A DNA stretch of 64,000 nucleotides from contig JADGPF010000026.1 of the NCBI GenBank assembly GCA_017882585.1, positions 1,336 through 65,335 on the forward strand, read 5' to 3'. The position numbers were made by a program, and so were the translations under genes. Source of the DNA: Thermoleophilia bacterium. GTDB lineage: Bacteria > Actinomycetota > Thermoleophilia > Miltoncostaeales > Miltoncostaeaceae. Under the pieces are notes generated by a model. The model was not told the origin of the DNA. It saw only the letters and a program-made list of their open reading frames with translations, and searched no databases. Shown here piece after piece: positions 27,774 to 37,265 of this stretch. Position 1 is the first letter of the stretch; each line of letters opens with the position of its first letter.

Positions 27774-28490
27774 ATGTTGAGTGCAGATCCGGTTTCGTAT
27801 TCGGTGGCGTTTGCGGCGGGCTTTGTCTCGTTCGCATCGCCATGCGTGCTTCCGCTCGTGCCGGCGTACCTCGGCGTGGTCTCGGGGGTCGGATTCGATG
27901 AGTTCGAGAAGCGGCGCTGGGCGGTGTTCTTCCCGACCCTGGCATTCGTCGCAGGGTTCTCGCTGGTGTTTATGGTGCTCGGCGCGAGCGTCGGCTTCGC
28001 CGGCACCGGCCTGCTGGAGCACCGGCACACGATCGAGGTCGCCGGCGGCCTGTTCGTGATCGCGATGGGGCTCGTCCTGCTCGGGCGCGGGGTCCCGATG
28101 TTCCTGATGCGCGATCGGCGCTTTCATCGCACGCTGCGTCCAGCCACGCTGGTCGGGGCGGGGCTCGCCGGAGCGGCGTTTGCCTTCGGCTGGACGCCAT
28201 GTATCGGTCCAACCCTCGGCGCGGCCCTGACCCTGGCGGCCGGATCCGGTAGCTGGTTCCTGGGCGGCAGTCTGCTGTTGGTCTACGGCCTCGGCCTGGG
28301 AATCCCGTTCCTGCTGGCCGGGCTGTTCGTCCATCAGGCGACGTCGGCGATGGGGATCCTCAAGCGCCACATTCGCCTGATCAGCCAGGTGGGGGCCGTG
28401 GTGCTGATCGTGTTCGGCGTCCTCATGGTTACGGGCCTCATGACGCGGCTGAACGTCGAGCTGGCGAGCCTGAGTCCCGCGTTGATGTAG
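27774..28490 (+). CDS. ccdA: Cytochrome c biogenesis / thiol-disulfide electron transporter CcdA (DsbD-family membrane core)
   Basis: FASPCVLPLVPAYLG and FGWTPCIGPTLG are the two conserved Cys-containing motifs of CcdA/DsbD. Confidence 0.85.
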   Translation: MLSADPVSYSVAFAAGFVSFASPCVLPLVPAYLGVVSGVGFDEFEKRRWAVFFPTLAFVAGFSLVFMVLGASVGFAGTGLLEHRHTIEVAGGLFVIAMGLVLLGRGVPMFLMRDRRFHRTLRPATLVGAGLAGAAFAFGWTPCIGPTLGAALTLAAGSGSWFLGGSLLLVYGLGLGIPFLLAGLFVHQATSAMGILKRHIRLISQVGAVVLIVFGVLMVTGLMTRLNVELASLSPALM

Positions 28491-28497
28491 CCGCGCG

Positions 28498-29346
28498 ATG
28501 ACCGGACCGCTCAGCCACGTGACACTGGTCACCGCCTCGATTCCGTCGCCACCTGCACGGTGGTTCGACGTTGGCCCGTTGCATGTCCACTACTACGCGC
28601 TGTTCATCATTCTCGGCGTCGTCGCCGCGATCTGGCTGACCTATCGCCGATGGACCGCACGCGGGGGGGACCCGGATCTTGTGTTCGAGGTGGCCCTGTG
28701 GTCGGTGATCGCCGGCCTGATCGGCGGACGTCTGTACTTCGACATCACGACCCCTGGCCAAATGGGAAGCCAGTGGTACGCGCCCCTTGCGGTCTGGCAG
28801 GGCGGACTCGGGATCCCCGGGGCGTTGCTCCTCGGCGCGCTCGTCGGTGCCTTCGTTGTGCGACGCCGCGGCGCCAGCGTGAGCAGGTTTCTCGACGCCG
28901 TCGCGCCGGGCTTGCCGCTCGCCTCGGGGATCGGGCGGCTGGGAAATTGGTTCAACCAGGAGCTGTTTGGCGGGCCGACCTCCCTGCCGTGGGGCGTACG
29001 GATCGATCCCCAATTCCGGCCAACCCACTACGCCAACGTCACAGCCTTCCAGCCGACGTTCCTCTATGAGCTGATCTGGGACTTCGGGCTGGCGGGGATG
29101 CTGCTGTGGGTCGATGCGCGGTTTCGGATGCGCCCACCGGCGCTGTTTTCGCTGTACGTGTGCTTGTACGCACTGATTCGCCTGCTGCTGGAACTCCTGC
29201 GCGTCGATCCGTCCACGGTGTTCGCCGGCGAGCGCCTGAATTTCTGGGTGGCGCTTGCCGGGGTTCTCGTCGGCGGCGCGGCGTTTGTCTACTACCAGTG
29301 GGTGCGATCGGACGTGCCCGCACAGGCGGTCCCGTCTGAGACCTAG
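28498..29346 (+). CDS. lgt: Prolipoprotein diacylglyceryl transferase
   Basis: YYALFIILGVV, GGRLYF and the signature GIGRLGNWFNQELFGGPT are present. Confidence 0.9.
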   Translation: MTGPLSHVTLVTASIPSPPARWFDVGPLHVHYYALFIILGVVAAIWLTYRRWTARGGDPDLVFEVALWSVIAGLIGGRLYFDITTPGQMGSQWYAPLAVWQGGLGIPGALLLGALVGAFVVRRRGASVSRFLDAVAPGLPLASGIGRLGNWFNQELFGGPTSLPWGVRIDPQFRPTHYANVTAFQPTFLYELIWDFGLAGMLLWVDARFRMRPPALFSLYVCLYALIRLLLELLRVDPSTVFAGERLNFWVALAGVLVGGAAFVYYQWVRSDVPAQAVPSET

Positions 29347-30077
29347 ACGGCGACCGGCGCACGGGACGGGCGCACCAGTCGGGAAAGCGTCACCGGACGA
29401 AGCCCGCGTTGGTGGAGTCCATCGAGGATATCCGGTAGCGCCGCAAGCGTCCGCTGGGGGGCGCCGGGCGCTCCGTCGGCGTCGTGCAGCAATAGGATCG
29501 CGCCGGGTCGCGCGCCGGCGAGGATGCGCTCGATGATCTGCGGGGTCGTCGTCGTGGCCAGCCAGTCCCAGGCCCACTTGCTCCACAGGGTCCGCCGCAT
29601 GCCCAGGCGCGGCGCCGCGGCCCATGCGGCGCCGTTCCAGACGCCGTAGGCGGGTCGATAGAACGCCGGCGCCCGGCCGGCAGCCTCGGCGATGGAATCC
29701 CGAGCGCGCGCGAGCGCGGTAATCGTCATGTGCGGGCCGAGCCGTGCCAGTGTCCGGTGATCGTCGCCGTGGCAGGCGATCTCGTGCCCCTGAGCGACGG
29801 TTCCGGCAACCGTCTGGCGATGGCGGCGCACGCGGGATCCTTGCCAGAAGAATGTCGCCGGATGGGGCCCGAGGACAGCGACGAACTCTGGCGCCAGATC
29901 GGGGTCCGGGCCATCGTCAAAGGTGAGCGCCACCTCGGCGCGCCCGGTGTCGACGCGGCACAGCACCCAGGGTTCCGCCATCCGTCGAACCGGCGCAAAG
30001 AAGGTTGCTGCGGGGGCGAACTGACCCGCGGCCACGCCGAGGCCGGCCGTCAGGGCGACGCGGTCGCGCGTCCTCAT
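29343..30077 (-). CDS. Polysaccharide deacetylase (NodB-homology, CE4-like)
   Basis: ATG at 30077 (MRTRDRVALTAG...). ALTFDDGPDP is the NodB motif 1, followed by IACHGDDH (His motif) and ILLLHD. The ATG overlaps the TGA of the upstream glycosyltransferase as ATGA. The Arg-rich track extension to 30536 was rejected. Confidence 0.85.
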   Translation of the reverse strand: MRTRDRVALTAGLGVAAGQFAPAATFFAPVRRMAEPWVLCRVDTGRAEVALTFDDGPDPDLAPEFVAVLGPHPATFFWQGSRVRRHRQTVAGTVAQGHEIACHGDDHRTLARLGPHMTITALARARDSIAEAAGRAPAFYRPAYGVWNGAAWAAAPRLGMRRTLWSKWAWDWLATTTTPQIIERILAGARPGAILLLHDADGAPGAPQRTLAALPDILDGLHQRGLRPVTLSRLVRPSRAPVAV

Positions 30078-31177
30078 CGCTGCGATTCCCGCACGAGGTC
30101 CATGACCACGGATGCCGCCGACGGCAGGTGGGCAAACGACGCATCCGGGGTGCGCGGGCTGGCGAGCGCTCGCGTGATGGCTCCCGCCAGATCGTGCTCG
30201 GTGGCGACGACGTCGGCGATGCCGCAGCGCCGAAACGCCCGATTGTGCAGGCGGATATGTCCGCGTTCCCATCCATATGAAATCGGCGTGCACCCGCGGA
30301 TGTGCGCCTCGAGGATGGTGTTGCCGCCGGTCGAGTGCACGAGCGCGTCGGCGGCGGCCATGAATTCCGAGATCTGATCGGTAAACCCTTCGATGCGGAG
30401 ACGCGGATCTTCGCCCAACCGCTGGCGCAGTCCGTCGGCAAGCTCGGAGTTGTGGCCGCACAGGCACACGACCATCCGGACGCCCGGCACGGCCAACGCG
30501 ACGTCGACGGCGCCATTGACGTCGCCCACACCCCAACCGCCGCCGGAGACGAGTACGACCGCACCCTCATCGGGAAGCCCGAGGTCGGCCCGGGCCTCGT
30601 GGCGGTCACGGGCCGTCAGGAACTCCGGCTGGGTCATGCCGTTTACGCAGGCAATTCGTGTCGTCGGTCCGGCGATGCGACGCACCTCCGATGCCGATTC
30701 CGGATAGCTGATCAGGTGCAGGTCGACTCCTGGGGCGGCCCAGAAGCGCAGTGCGGAGATGTCGGTGATCGAGCTCACCACGGGCACGGCAATCTCCCCG
30801 TGCGCGCGCATTCGGGCGAGCACCTCGGTGGTAATCGGCCAGGTAGAGACCACCACGTCCGGTGCGACCCGGTCGATCAACGCGCGCAGCCGCGGCCGCT
30901 CGGTCCTGTACAGGGCCTGCTGGCTGAGCCACCGCGTCGGCGGACAAGTCGCAAACAACCAGAAGCCGGCGTCCCAGACCCATTCGGAGCGAAAGAAGAC
31001 CACCCGTGGGGCGCGGTGGCTGACGGCCGACACGAACGGACCGAGGTAGTCGAGTCCGTCCGCGACGTGCACCTCGCACCCCGGCACGTCCCGCGCGAAT
31101 TGCTCACCGAGCGCCCGGGCAGGCAGCTCATGCCCGGCCCCGACGAGCGCAGTGATGATCAGGACACGGGGAGGCAT
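30074..31177 (-). CDS. GT28-type glycosyltransferase, MGDG-synthase/UgtP-like diacylglycerol glycosyltransferase
   Basis: VLIITALVGAGHELPARALGEQF is the N-terminal MGDG_synth-like motif. VLVSGGGWGVG and VHSTGGNTILEA are typical GT-B C-terminal domain segments. Confidence 0.8.
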   Translation of the reverse strand: MPPRVLIITALVGAGHELPARALGEQFARDVPGCEVHVADGLDYLGPFVSAVSHRAPRVVFFRSEWVWDAGFWLFATCPPTRWLSQQALYRTERPRLRALIDRVAPDVVVSTWPITTEVLARMRAHGEIAVPVVSSITDISALRFWAAPGVDLHLISYPESASEVRRIAGPTTRIACVNGMTQPEFLTARDRHEARADLGLPDEGAVVLVSGGGWGVGDVNGAVDVALAVPGVRMVVCLCGHNSELADGLRQRLGEDPRLRIEGFTDQISEFMAAADALVHSTGGNTILEAHIRGCTPISYGWERGHIRLHNRAFRRCGIADVVATEHDLAGAITRALASPRTPDASFAHLPSAASVVMDLVRESQR

Positions 31178-31272
31178 GAGGGGCGATGGTACCGCGGGAA
31201 GGGGCGCCCGACGCGCGGTCCGGTCACCCGCTCGGAGGCGGTCGCGAGGTCCGCGCCTCCAAGGTCAACAAG

Positions 31273-32976
31273 TCAGACTGGCCGGGTAATCGCCCCTTCG
31301 GCGGCCGATGACACCAGCGACGCGTACTTGGCCAGCACCCCGGTCGTGTAGCGCGGCGGCGGCGGCGTCCAATCGGCCATCCGGGCGGCGATCTCATCCT
31401 CGGTGAGATCGACATCGAGCCGCCGACCATCGACGTCGAGCGTGATCGTGTCGCCGTCGCGGACCGCGGCCAGGAGCCCTCCGCGGGCGGCCTCGGGAGC
31501 GATGTGCCCGACCATCAGGCCATGTGTCGCGCCGGAGAAGCGCCCGTCGGTGATTAACGCGACGTCCTCACCGAGGCCTTCGCCGACGATCGCCGCCGTG
31601 ACATGCAGCATCTCGCGCATCCCTGGCCCCCCGACCGGACCCTCGTATCGGATCACGATCACGTCGCCGGCCGTGATGGACTGCGCCTTCACGGCGGCGA
31701 AGCACTCCTCTTCGCTGTTGAACACGCGGGCCGGGCCGACGTGGCGGCGGCGCTCGTGGCCGGCGAGCTTCACGACACCGCCGTCCGGGGAGAGGTTGCC
31801 GTGCAGGATGCCGAGCCCACCGGTGGGCTTGATCGGTGTCGCGATCGGCACGATGACCCGCTGCCCCTCGGCCTCGTTGGCGTCGGCACCGATCTCTGCG
31901 GTCGTCCGGCCGTCGACGTTGCGCGTGTCGCCGTGCATCAGGCCCGCCGAGAGCAGTTCGCGCGTCATCACCGGGACCCCGCCAGCAGCGTGGAGGTCGG
32001 TGGCGACGTAGCGCCCGCCTGGGGTCAGATCCACGATGATGGGGGTGCGCTCGGCGATCGCGTCGAACTCGTCGATCTCGAGTGCGATGCCAAGCTCTCG
32101 GGCGATCGCCAACAGGTGCAGCACCGCGTTCGTCGATCCACCACTCGCCGCGACGCCGGCGATGGCGTTGTCGATCGCCTTGCGCGTCAGGATTTGGGTG
32201 GGGCGCGTGTCGTTGCGCACCAGCCGCATCGCGAGTTGGCCTGCCTGGGCGGCGGCCTCGGCCTTGAGCGGGTGATTCGCCGGGATGCCGTTGAGGCCCG
32301 CCGGGCTGATCCCGATGAGTTCCATGGCCATCGACATCGTGTTGGCGGTGAACTGGCCGCCGCAGGCACCGGCACCCGGGCACGCGACATCTTCAAGGGC
32401 GTGGACCTCGGCCGGGCCGACCTTGCCGGCGGCGTGTGCGCCGACCACCTCGAACACGTCTTGGATGGTCACGTCACGACCGCGGAACCGGCCGGGCGCG
32501 ATCGAGCCGTTGTAGAGCACGAGCCCTGGGATATCGAGGCGCGCGAGCGCCATGGCGGCACCGGGGATCGTCTTGTCGCATCCCACGAGGCAGACCAAAC
32601 CGTCGAAGAGGTGCCCCCGGGCGACCAGCTCGATCGAATCGGCGATCACCTCACGCGAGACGAGCGAGGCCCGCATGCCCTCGGTGCCCATCGAGACGCC
32701 ATCCGACACGGCGATCGTGTTGAACTCCATTGGTGTCCCGCCGGCGTCGCGGATGCCGCGCTTGACGTGCTGGGCCAACTCGCGCTGGTTGAGATTGCAC
32801 GGCATCGTCTCAATCCAGGTGGTCGCCACGCCGATGATCGGTCGCGCGAGGTCCTCATCGGTAAATCCCGTGCCCTTGAGCATCGCGCGCGCGGGCGCGC
32901 GGTCGGGTCCGTCGGTGATCGCGGCGCTGTGTCGCTTGGCCGGATCGCTGGGGCGTTCGTACGGGTTCTCTGGCAT
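31273..32976 (-). CDS. ilvD: Dihydroxy-acid dehydratase
   Basis: [27 protein letters not shown] and [19 protein letters not shown] are present; 567 aa. Confidence 0.95.
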   Translation of the reverse strand: MPENPYERPSDPAKRHSAAITDGPDRAPARAMLKGTGFTDEDLARPIIGVATTWIETMPCNLNQRELAQHVKRGIRDAGGTPMEFNTIAVSDGVSMGTEGMRASLVSREVIADSIELVARGHLFDGLVCLVGCDKTIPGAAMALARLDIPGLVLYNGSIAPGRFRGRDVTIQDVFEVVGAHAAGKVGPAEVHALEDVACPGAGACGGQFTANTMSMAMELIGISPAGLNGIPANHPLKAEAAAQAGQLAMRLVRNDTRPTQILTRKAIDNAIAGVAASGGSTNAVLHLLAIARELGIALEIDEFDAIAERTPIIVDLTPGGRYVATDLHAAGGVPVMTRELLSAGLMHGDTRNVDGRTTAEIGADANEAEGQRVIVPIATPIKPTGGLGILHGNLSPDGGVVKLAGHERRRHVGPARVFNSEEECFAAVKAQSITAGDVIVIRYEGPVGGPGMREMLHVTAAIVGEGLGEDVALITDGRFSGATHGLMVGHIAPEAARGGLLAAVRDGDTITLDVDGRRLDVDLTEDEIAARMADWTPPPPRYTTGVLAKYASLVSSAAEGAITRPV

Positions 32977-33075
32977 GCCGGGGAGACTACCCGACCGATG
33001 TCGGGCGCCTCCAGCAGGCCGACGCCGCGATGGTGCGGGCGGCGCCTGGAGGTGTCGTCACCACACGCTCGTGCG

Positions 33076-33252
33076 CTAGCGCGACGCGGGCCGCGCCCGG
33101 CCGATGATGGCGCCCAGCGCGAACAGTGCCCAGAGGATCCCGATGATGAACGGGAAATACCCGGCGTCGTTGTGATTCGACCATCCGACCGTGATCATGA
33201 GCACACTTAGCGCGATCAGGGCCAGAATCATGAGTGCGGGAAGTCCGCGCAT
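33076..33252 (-). CDS. Small two-TM membrane protein (58 aa), hypothetical
   Basis: Internal ATG at 33252 gives MRGLPALMILALIALSVLMITVGWSNHNDAGYFPFIIGILWALFALGAIIGRARPASR, two clean hydrophobic helices. The upstream part of the track ORF is Arg-rich junk. Confidence 0.4.
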   Translation of the reverse strand: MRGLPALMILALIALSVLMITVGWSNHNDAGYFPFIIGILWALFALGAIIGRARPASR

Positions 33253-33335
33253 GCATGCTCCTTCGACACGGTAACGACGACGGAAATCTACACCGATTCG
33301 GAGTCCAGGGTGACAGAGTGTAAACTGCCCGCCCG

Positions 33336-33665
33336 ATGAGCGAGGATCAAGTCCAAGTCGAAGTCTCGGACTGCGGCGAGGGAGTGCTGGTGAAGGTCGC
33401 CGGCATCGTCGACGCGCTGTCGCTGCCGATCGTCTCACGCGAACTGACCGATGCGCAGCGCGGGTCCGGCACGGTCTACGTGCATCTCGCGGGCGTGACC
33501 TTCATGGACAGCCGCGGCTTGGGCTCGCTGCTGGCCGCCAACGAGCGCAGCCGCGAAGGGGCTGCGCCCATTCGCATCTACGAGCCGTCGGATGCCGTTC
33601 GACGGCTGCTGGACGTCTCGGGCGTGGCGCCGGTGCTCATCGAGGTGACCGAGCTCCCCGAGTAG
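33336..33665 (+). CDS. STAS-domain anti-sigma-factor antagonist (SpoIIAA/RsbV-like)
   Basis: 109 aa. VHLAGVTFMDSRGLGSLL contains the conserved phosphorylatable Ser context (DS.GL). Confidence 0.85.
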   Translation: MSEDQVQVEVSDCGEGVLVKVAGIVDALSLPIVSRELTDAQRGSGTVYVHLAGVTFMDSRGLGSLLAANERSREGAAPIRIYEPSDAVRRLLDVSGVAPVLIEVTELPE

Positions 33666-33922
33666 GGCGGTACCCGGCGTCATGGTCGCGCCACCATCCT
33701 GGGGTCGCCCACGCACCACCGGTACCCGCCCTCCGCGTGAGCGGGACCTTCCACGGCCCGGCGGCGGCCACCGTAACTTGGTGGCAAAAATTGAAGATAG
33801 GTCTGCCGCAGGCGCGGGATCGCCGCTGACCGACACTAAGGTCAGGCCTATGCGCGAGGCATAGCGTCCGCGCGGGACCCGGCCGACGATGCTCACCGGA
33901 CGGTACCCAGCGGATCCAGTGC

Positions 33923-34630
33923 GTGCGTGTGCGTGACCAACGAGTGTGCCATCCGCGTGCCATGGCCGGGTCCGGCGGGGTTGCCGGGTTCAGGGAGTTC
34001 ATCATCACCCCACAGACGACGATCCGCGCATCTGAGCCCCTTGAGCCGGCGGCCCCGGTGTCAGAAGAGCTGCTCACCCGCGACGAAGCGCGGCAGCTGA
34101 TCCGCGGGGCATCCAATCGCGCCCCCACGGGCATTCGCAATCGTGCGCTGATCGCCATGATGTACCGCGTCGGGCTGCGTCCCGGCGAGGCGCTCGCATT
34201 GCGCGTGGACGACATCGACCTCGTCCAGGGCCTTGTCCGCATCCCGGCGCGCAAGGGGGGCGCGGGGCGCGTGACGGGCATCGACGGGCAGACGCTTGAG
34301 CTCGTCCAGCGATGGCTCGCCCGTCGTGAGCGCCTGGGCGTGGCAAACGACGATTACCTGCTGTGCACCCTGGCCGGCGAGGAGCTCAAAGCGGCGTACG
34401 TCCGCGAATTGCTGCCGCGCCTGGCCCGCCGCGCAGGGATCGTCAAGCGCGTGCACCCACTGGGCCTGCGCTATGCGTGCGCCGCCGAGATGTCGGCCGA
34501 GGGCCTGTCCACGGCCCTGATCGAGACGCACCTCGGTGTCGCCGTCAGCGGCAGTGCCCGGCGCTATCTGGTGCAGTACACGCCTGAGGAAGTCATCGCC
34601 GCCGTGCGGGCGCGGGAGTGGCGCCTGTAG
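33923..34630 (+). CDS. Short tyrosine recombinase/integrase, catalytic domain only
   Basis: NRALIAMMYRVGLRPGEALALRVDDIDL (Arg I), RIPARKGGAGR (Lys), HPLGLRYACAAEM (His/Arg II region) and HLGVAVSGSARRYL (Tyr) are present. An alternative start is the ATG at 33962. Only about 40 residues precede the catalytic domain. Confidence 0.75.
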   Translation: MRVRDQRVCHPRAMAGSGGVAGFREFIITPQTTIRASEPLEPAAPVSEELLTRDEARQLIRGASNRAPTGIRNRALIAMMYRVGLRPGEALALRVDDIDLVQGLVRIPARKGGAGRVTGIDGQTLELVQRWLARRERLGVANDDYLLCTLAGEELKAAYVRELLPRLARRAGIVKRVHPLGLRYACAAEMSAEGLSTALIETHLGVAVSGSARRYLVQYTPEEVIAAVRAREWRL

Positions 34631-34679
34631 TCGACGGTCGCCGGACGGGGTGTGACTCGGGCTCGGTCGGGGCGCGGTA

Positions 34680-36002
34680 TCAGGGCGCCGGCGGCGGTGC
34701 TGCGCCCGACCCGGATTGGCCGGGGACGAGGCTCGGGGTCGACTTGGGTGGAGAAGCGGGGGTCGTCATGACGACGGCGACCGTCGTGCCGACGCGCATC
34801 GTGGCGGGACGTCGTGCCCAGGCCACGGCGGAATCCCAGTAGCCGGCCAGATGTGTGACGGTGACGCCGCCGCGGGATCCGGTGGACTGGACAATCCAGC
34901 CGTTACCGAGCGAGATCGCCACGTGGGAGATCGACCCGCGGCGGCTGTGGGGCCCGGCCGGCCCGAAGAAGACGAGGTCACCGACTTTGACCCGGGACAG
35001 CGGCACCTTCTGTGCGGCATGTTCCCATGCCATGGCGTCGGCTGTGCGTCCTCTGATATCGCGGCCGAGCCCCTTTGCCGCCGACGCGCCGCTCAGCTTG
35101 AACGCCCACCACACGAGCCCTGAGCAATCGAAGCCACCGGCAACCCGGGCGCCAAAGAGTGTCTGCGGGTTCGGCGACGTGCCGCCCCAGACGTAGGGCA
35201 TGCCCACTTCGGCAAGTGCAGACTCGACGACCGTCATCTGGTTGGCGGTCATATTCGGCAGCACGATGGTCGTGAACTCGTTGACCGACCCAAGGCGCCA
35301 CGACGGCATGGTGACCGCGGCGTTGACCATCCCGGCGAGGTTCGCCAGCCGCATCGGGGCCGTCGGGCCGGACTCGAGGTTGTCGTACCGGGACGGGTAG
35401 TTGTATCTCAGGCCGAGTTCGGCGGTGAGGACCTCTTGGCCGAAGGCGGGTGGAACCACGAGGCGGGTCCCGTTTGCCGTGTGGAGCGTGTCCAGCGCGT
35501 GCACCTCTGCGCCGAGGCCGAAGACTCGGACGATCGCTACCTCGGCGGTGCGGGTCGACACCGGTCCAGCGGGGTTGAAGCCTGCGCCCGGACTGCCGAG
35601 CAACCGTGTCGTCGACACCCAGGAAATGGCGGTCGCGTCGGGATCGTTCGCTGAGATGTCTGGTGGCCTGACGAGGCTCGCCGGCGGCGTCTGACCCCGT
35701 GCGTTCATCAGCTCGGCGAGGCCGCGAGCCAACTCGCGACGCGTGGCGAGGCGACCGAGGTTGGCCGTGTCGCGCGCGGGCCACCCGAAGTGGGCGACCA
35801 GGTTCTTGATCGGTCCGGCGGCCCATCGATAGCCCGGGTTGTTGGGCGCCGGTGCCAGCGACTGGGCAATCGCCGGCGTGGCGATGGCCGCCGCTGCGGC
35901 CAGGCCGACGACTGTTGCGCGAATGCGTCTCACACGGTGTCTATCGGAGACTTGGGTATGGGCCTTGACCGTGGACGGTCCCGCGCGGTGGCGTCGTTGC
36001 AT
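34680..36002 (-). CDS. Secreted NlpC/P60 (C40) peptidoglycan endopeptidase with N-terminal SLH-like segment
   Basis: Signal-like VVGLAAAAAIATPAIAQS. The catalytic Cys motif is GGFDCSGLVWWAF and the His region is ISHVAISLGNGW. The N-terminal RLATRRELARGLAELM resembles an S-layer-homology motif. The start is uncertain (36002 ATG or 35933 GTG). Confidence 0.85.
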   Translation of the reverse strand: MQRRHRAGPSTVKAHTQVSDRHRVRRIRATVVGLAAAAAIATPAIAQSLAPAPNNPGYRWAAGPIKNLVAHFGWPARDTANLGRLATRRELARGLAELMNARGQTPPASLVRPPDISANDPDATAISWVSTTRLLGSPGAGFNPAGPVSTRTAEVAIVRVFGLGAEVHALDTLHTANGTRLVVPPAFGQEVLTAELGLRYNYPSRYDNLESGPTAPMRLANLAGMVNAAVTMPSWRLGSVNEFTTIVLPNMTANQMTVVESALAEVGMPYVWGGTSPNPQTLFGARVAGGFDCSGLVWWAFKLSGASAAKGLGRDIRGRTADAMAWEHAAQKVPLSRVKVGDLVFFGPAGPHSRRGSISHVAISLGNGWIVQSTGSRGGVTVTHLAGYWDSAVAWARRPATMRVGTTVAVVMTTPASPPKSTPSLVPGQSGSGAAPPPAP

Positions 36003-36040
36003 GTGCCGCGAGCCTCGCGGACGGTCTGGCGTGTGGAATC

Positions 36041-36463
36041 ATGGGCCATGTGAGCACCCCTCCATCGCGCGTGCGCGTCGATCGCTGGTTGTGGGCCGCG
36101 CGCTTTTTTAAGACGCGGTCGCTGGCCGCCGAGGCGATCCAGGCCGGGCATGTCGCGGTCAACCAGGCCCGCGCCAAAGCCGCGAAGGACGTCGGCCCGG
36201 GCGATGTCATTGACTTAACCGCCGGCGAGCAGCGCTGGACGGTCGTCGTCCGCGAGGTCGAGGAGCGCCGGGGCCCTGCGAGTCGTGCCCGTGAGCTGTA
36301 CGAGGAGACGCCGGACAGCCGCGCCCGACGCGAACGCCAGCGGGCCGAATACCGGCTCGCGCCCGTGCCCGGTTCCGACCTGGGTGGCCGGCCGACCAAG
36401 CGCGATCGGCGCCGCATCGATCGTGTGCGGCGCGGGAGTCCCTCGCCGGACGACCGGTCATGA
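36041..36463 (+). CDS. hslR: S4-domain RNA-binding protein, heat-shock protein 15 (HslR)-like
   Basis: RVDRWLWAARFFKTRSLAAEAIQAGHVAVNQARAKAAKDVGPGDVIDL is the Hsp15-type S4 domain. A basic C-terminal tail follows. Confidence 0.85.
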   Translation: MGHVSTPPSRVRVDRWLWAARFFKTRSLAAEAIQAGHVAVNQARAKAAKDVGPGDVIDLTAGEQRWTVVVREVEERRGPASRARELYEETPDSRARRERQRAEYRLAPVPGSDLGGRPTKRDRRRIDRVRRGSPSPDDRS

Positions 36464-37120
36464 GTCGCGTGTGTTGCCCCACGCGTCGTCATGGACCAGC
36501 GACCGCCAGGGTCGGCGGATCCGCTTGATGGCGGGCGGCAGGCCCTCGGGGAAGGCCGGCGGCACGCCGACGGGCGTGATGATCAGCGGGTCGACCTCGT
36601 CCGGGAGGTCCACGATGGTCCGGAGTTGGTTCTTCTCGAAGTGTTGGAACGCCGTCGTCGGGACCGTGCCCAGCCCGAGCGAGCGGGCGGCGACGAACAG
36701 ATTCTCCATGGCGAATGCCAGCGAGACCGTCTCGTCGATCTGCTCGAGGTCCCTCATCGATGCCGGGTATCGGTGGCGCGGCACCACGAGGCCGAGGATC
36801 CATACCGGGACCAAGCGGTAGCTGCCGAGGGTTGTCTCGGCGTACTCGCCCGCCCAGCGCGCATGCTCTGTGGGCGTCGCGCCCTCGGCGGGAGGACGCA
36901 TCAGGGTGAAGTAGTGGGCCGCGCCGGCAATGACCAGCTCGGCGATCGCCCGACGTCGCTCAGGGTCGCGAACGACCAGCAGGCTCCACGCCTGCGCACC
37001 GGAGCCCGTCGGCGCGGCGAGCGCCACCCGCAGGAGTTCATCGAGGGTCGCGTCTTCGACCGGTTGATCCGTGTACGTACGCACGGCCCGTCGTTTGGTG
37101 ATGGCGTCGAGGGTCTCCAT
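36458..37120 (-). CDS. Nitroreductase-family (FMN) oxidoreductase
   Basis: ATG at 37120 gives METLDAITKRRAVRTYTDQPVEDATLDELLRVALAAPTGSGAQAW, the classic nitroreductase N-terminus. The Arg-rich track extension to 37291 was rejected. Confidence 0.85.
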   Translation of the reverse strand: METLDAITKRRAVRTYTDQPVEDATLDELLRVALAAPTGSGAQAWSLLVVRDPERRRAIAELVIAGAAHYFTLMRPPAEGATPTEHARWAGEYAETTLGSYRLVPVWILGLVVPRHRYPASMRDLEQIDETVSLAFAMENLFVAARSLGLGTVPTTAFQHFEKNQLRTIVDLPDEVDPLIITPVGVPPAFPEGLPPAIKRIRRPWRSLVHDDAWGNTRDS

Positions 37121-37265
37121 CGGGTCCTCCGATAGTCGTGGGGATGGATTGCGGCCAACGCAGGTGCCGGGGCACGCCGCCGCGTGGCCGCCACGGTCCA
37201 GCCTACGACAGCCGTGGGCGGGCGCACCAGCGCCGCCGCGCCGCCCGTGCGCCCGCCCGCTGGTC

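Noticed and set aside
29343-30536. N-terminal Arg-rich extensions of several track ORFs: 29343..30536, 36458..37291, 53053..54045, 52337..53500, 51507..53198, 61386..62636, 54743..56842, 56701..58281, 33076..33438 and 40115..40723.
   Set aside because: Each extension overlaps the upstream gene or a tRNA and has junk-like composition. An internal ATG or GTG gives a canonical family N-terminus and a 1-11 nt junction with the neighbour.
33780-33900. SRP RNA, 6C RNA or another known small RNA in the STAS / recombinase spacer, considered because of aaggtcaggcc.
   Set aside because: The conserved SRP helix-8 sequence (GGAAGGAAGCAGCC-like) and the twin C-rich loops of 6C RNA are absent.
36003-36040. 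c-di-AMP (ydaO-type) riboswitch upstream of the NlpC/P60 gene, as seen for some actinobacterial cell-wall hydrolases.
   Set aside because: Only about 38 nt separate the annotated start from the divergent hslR-like gene, which is far too short for that riboswitch. No ydaO-like conserved segments were seen.
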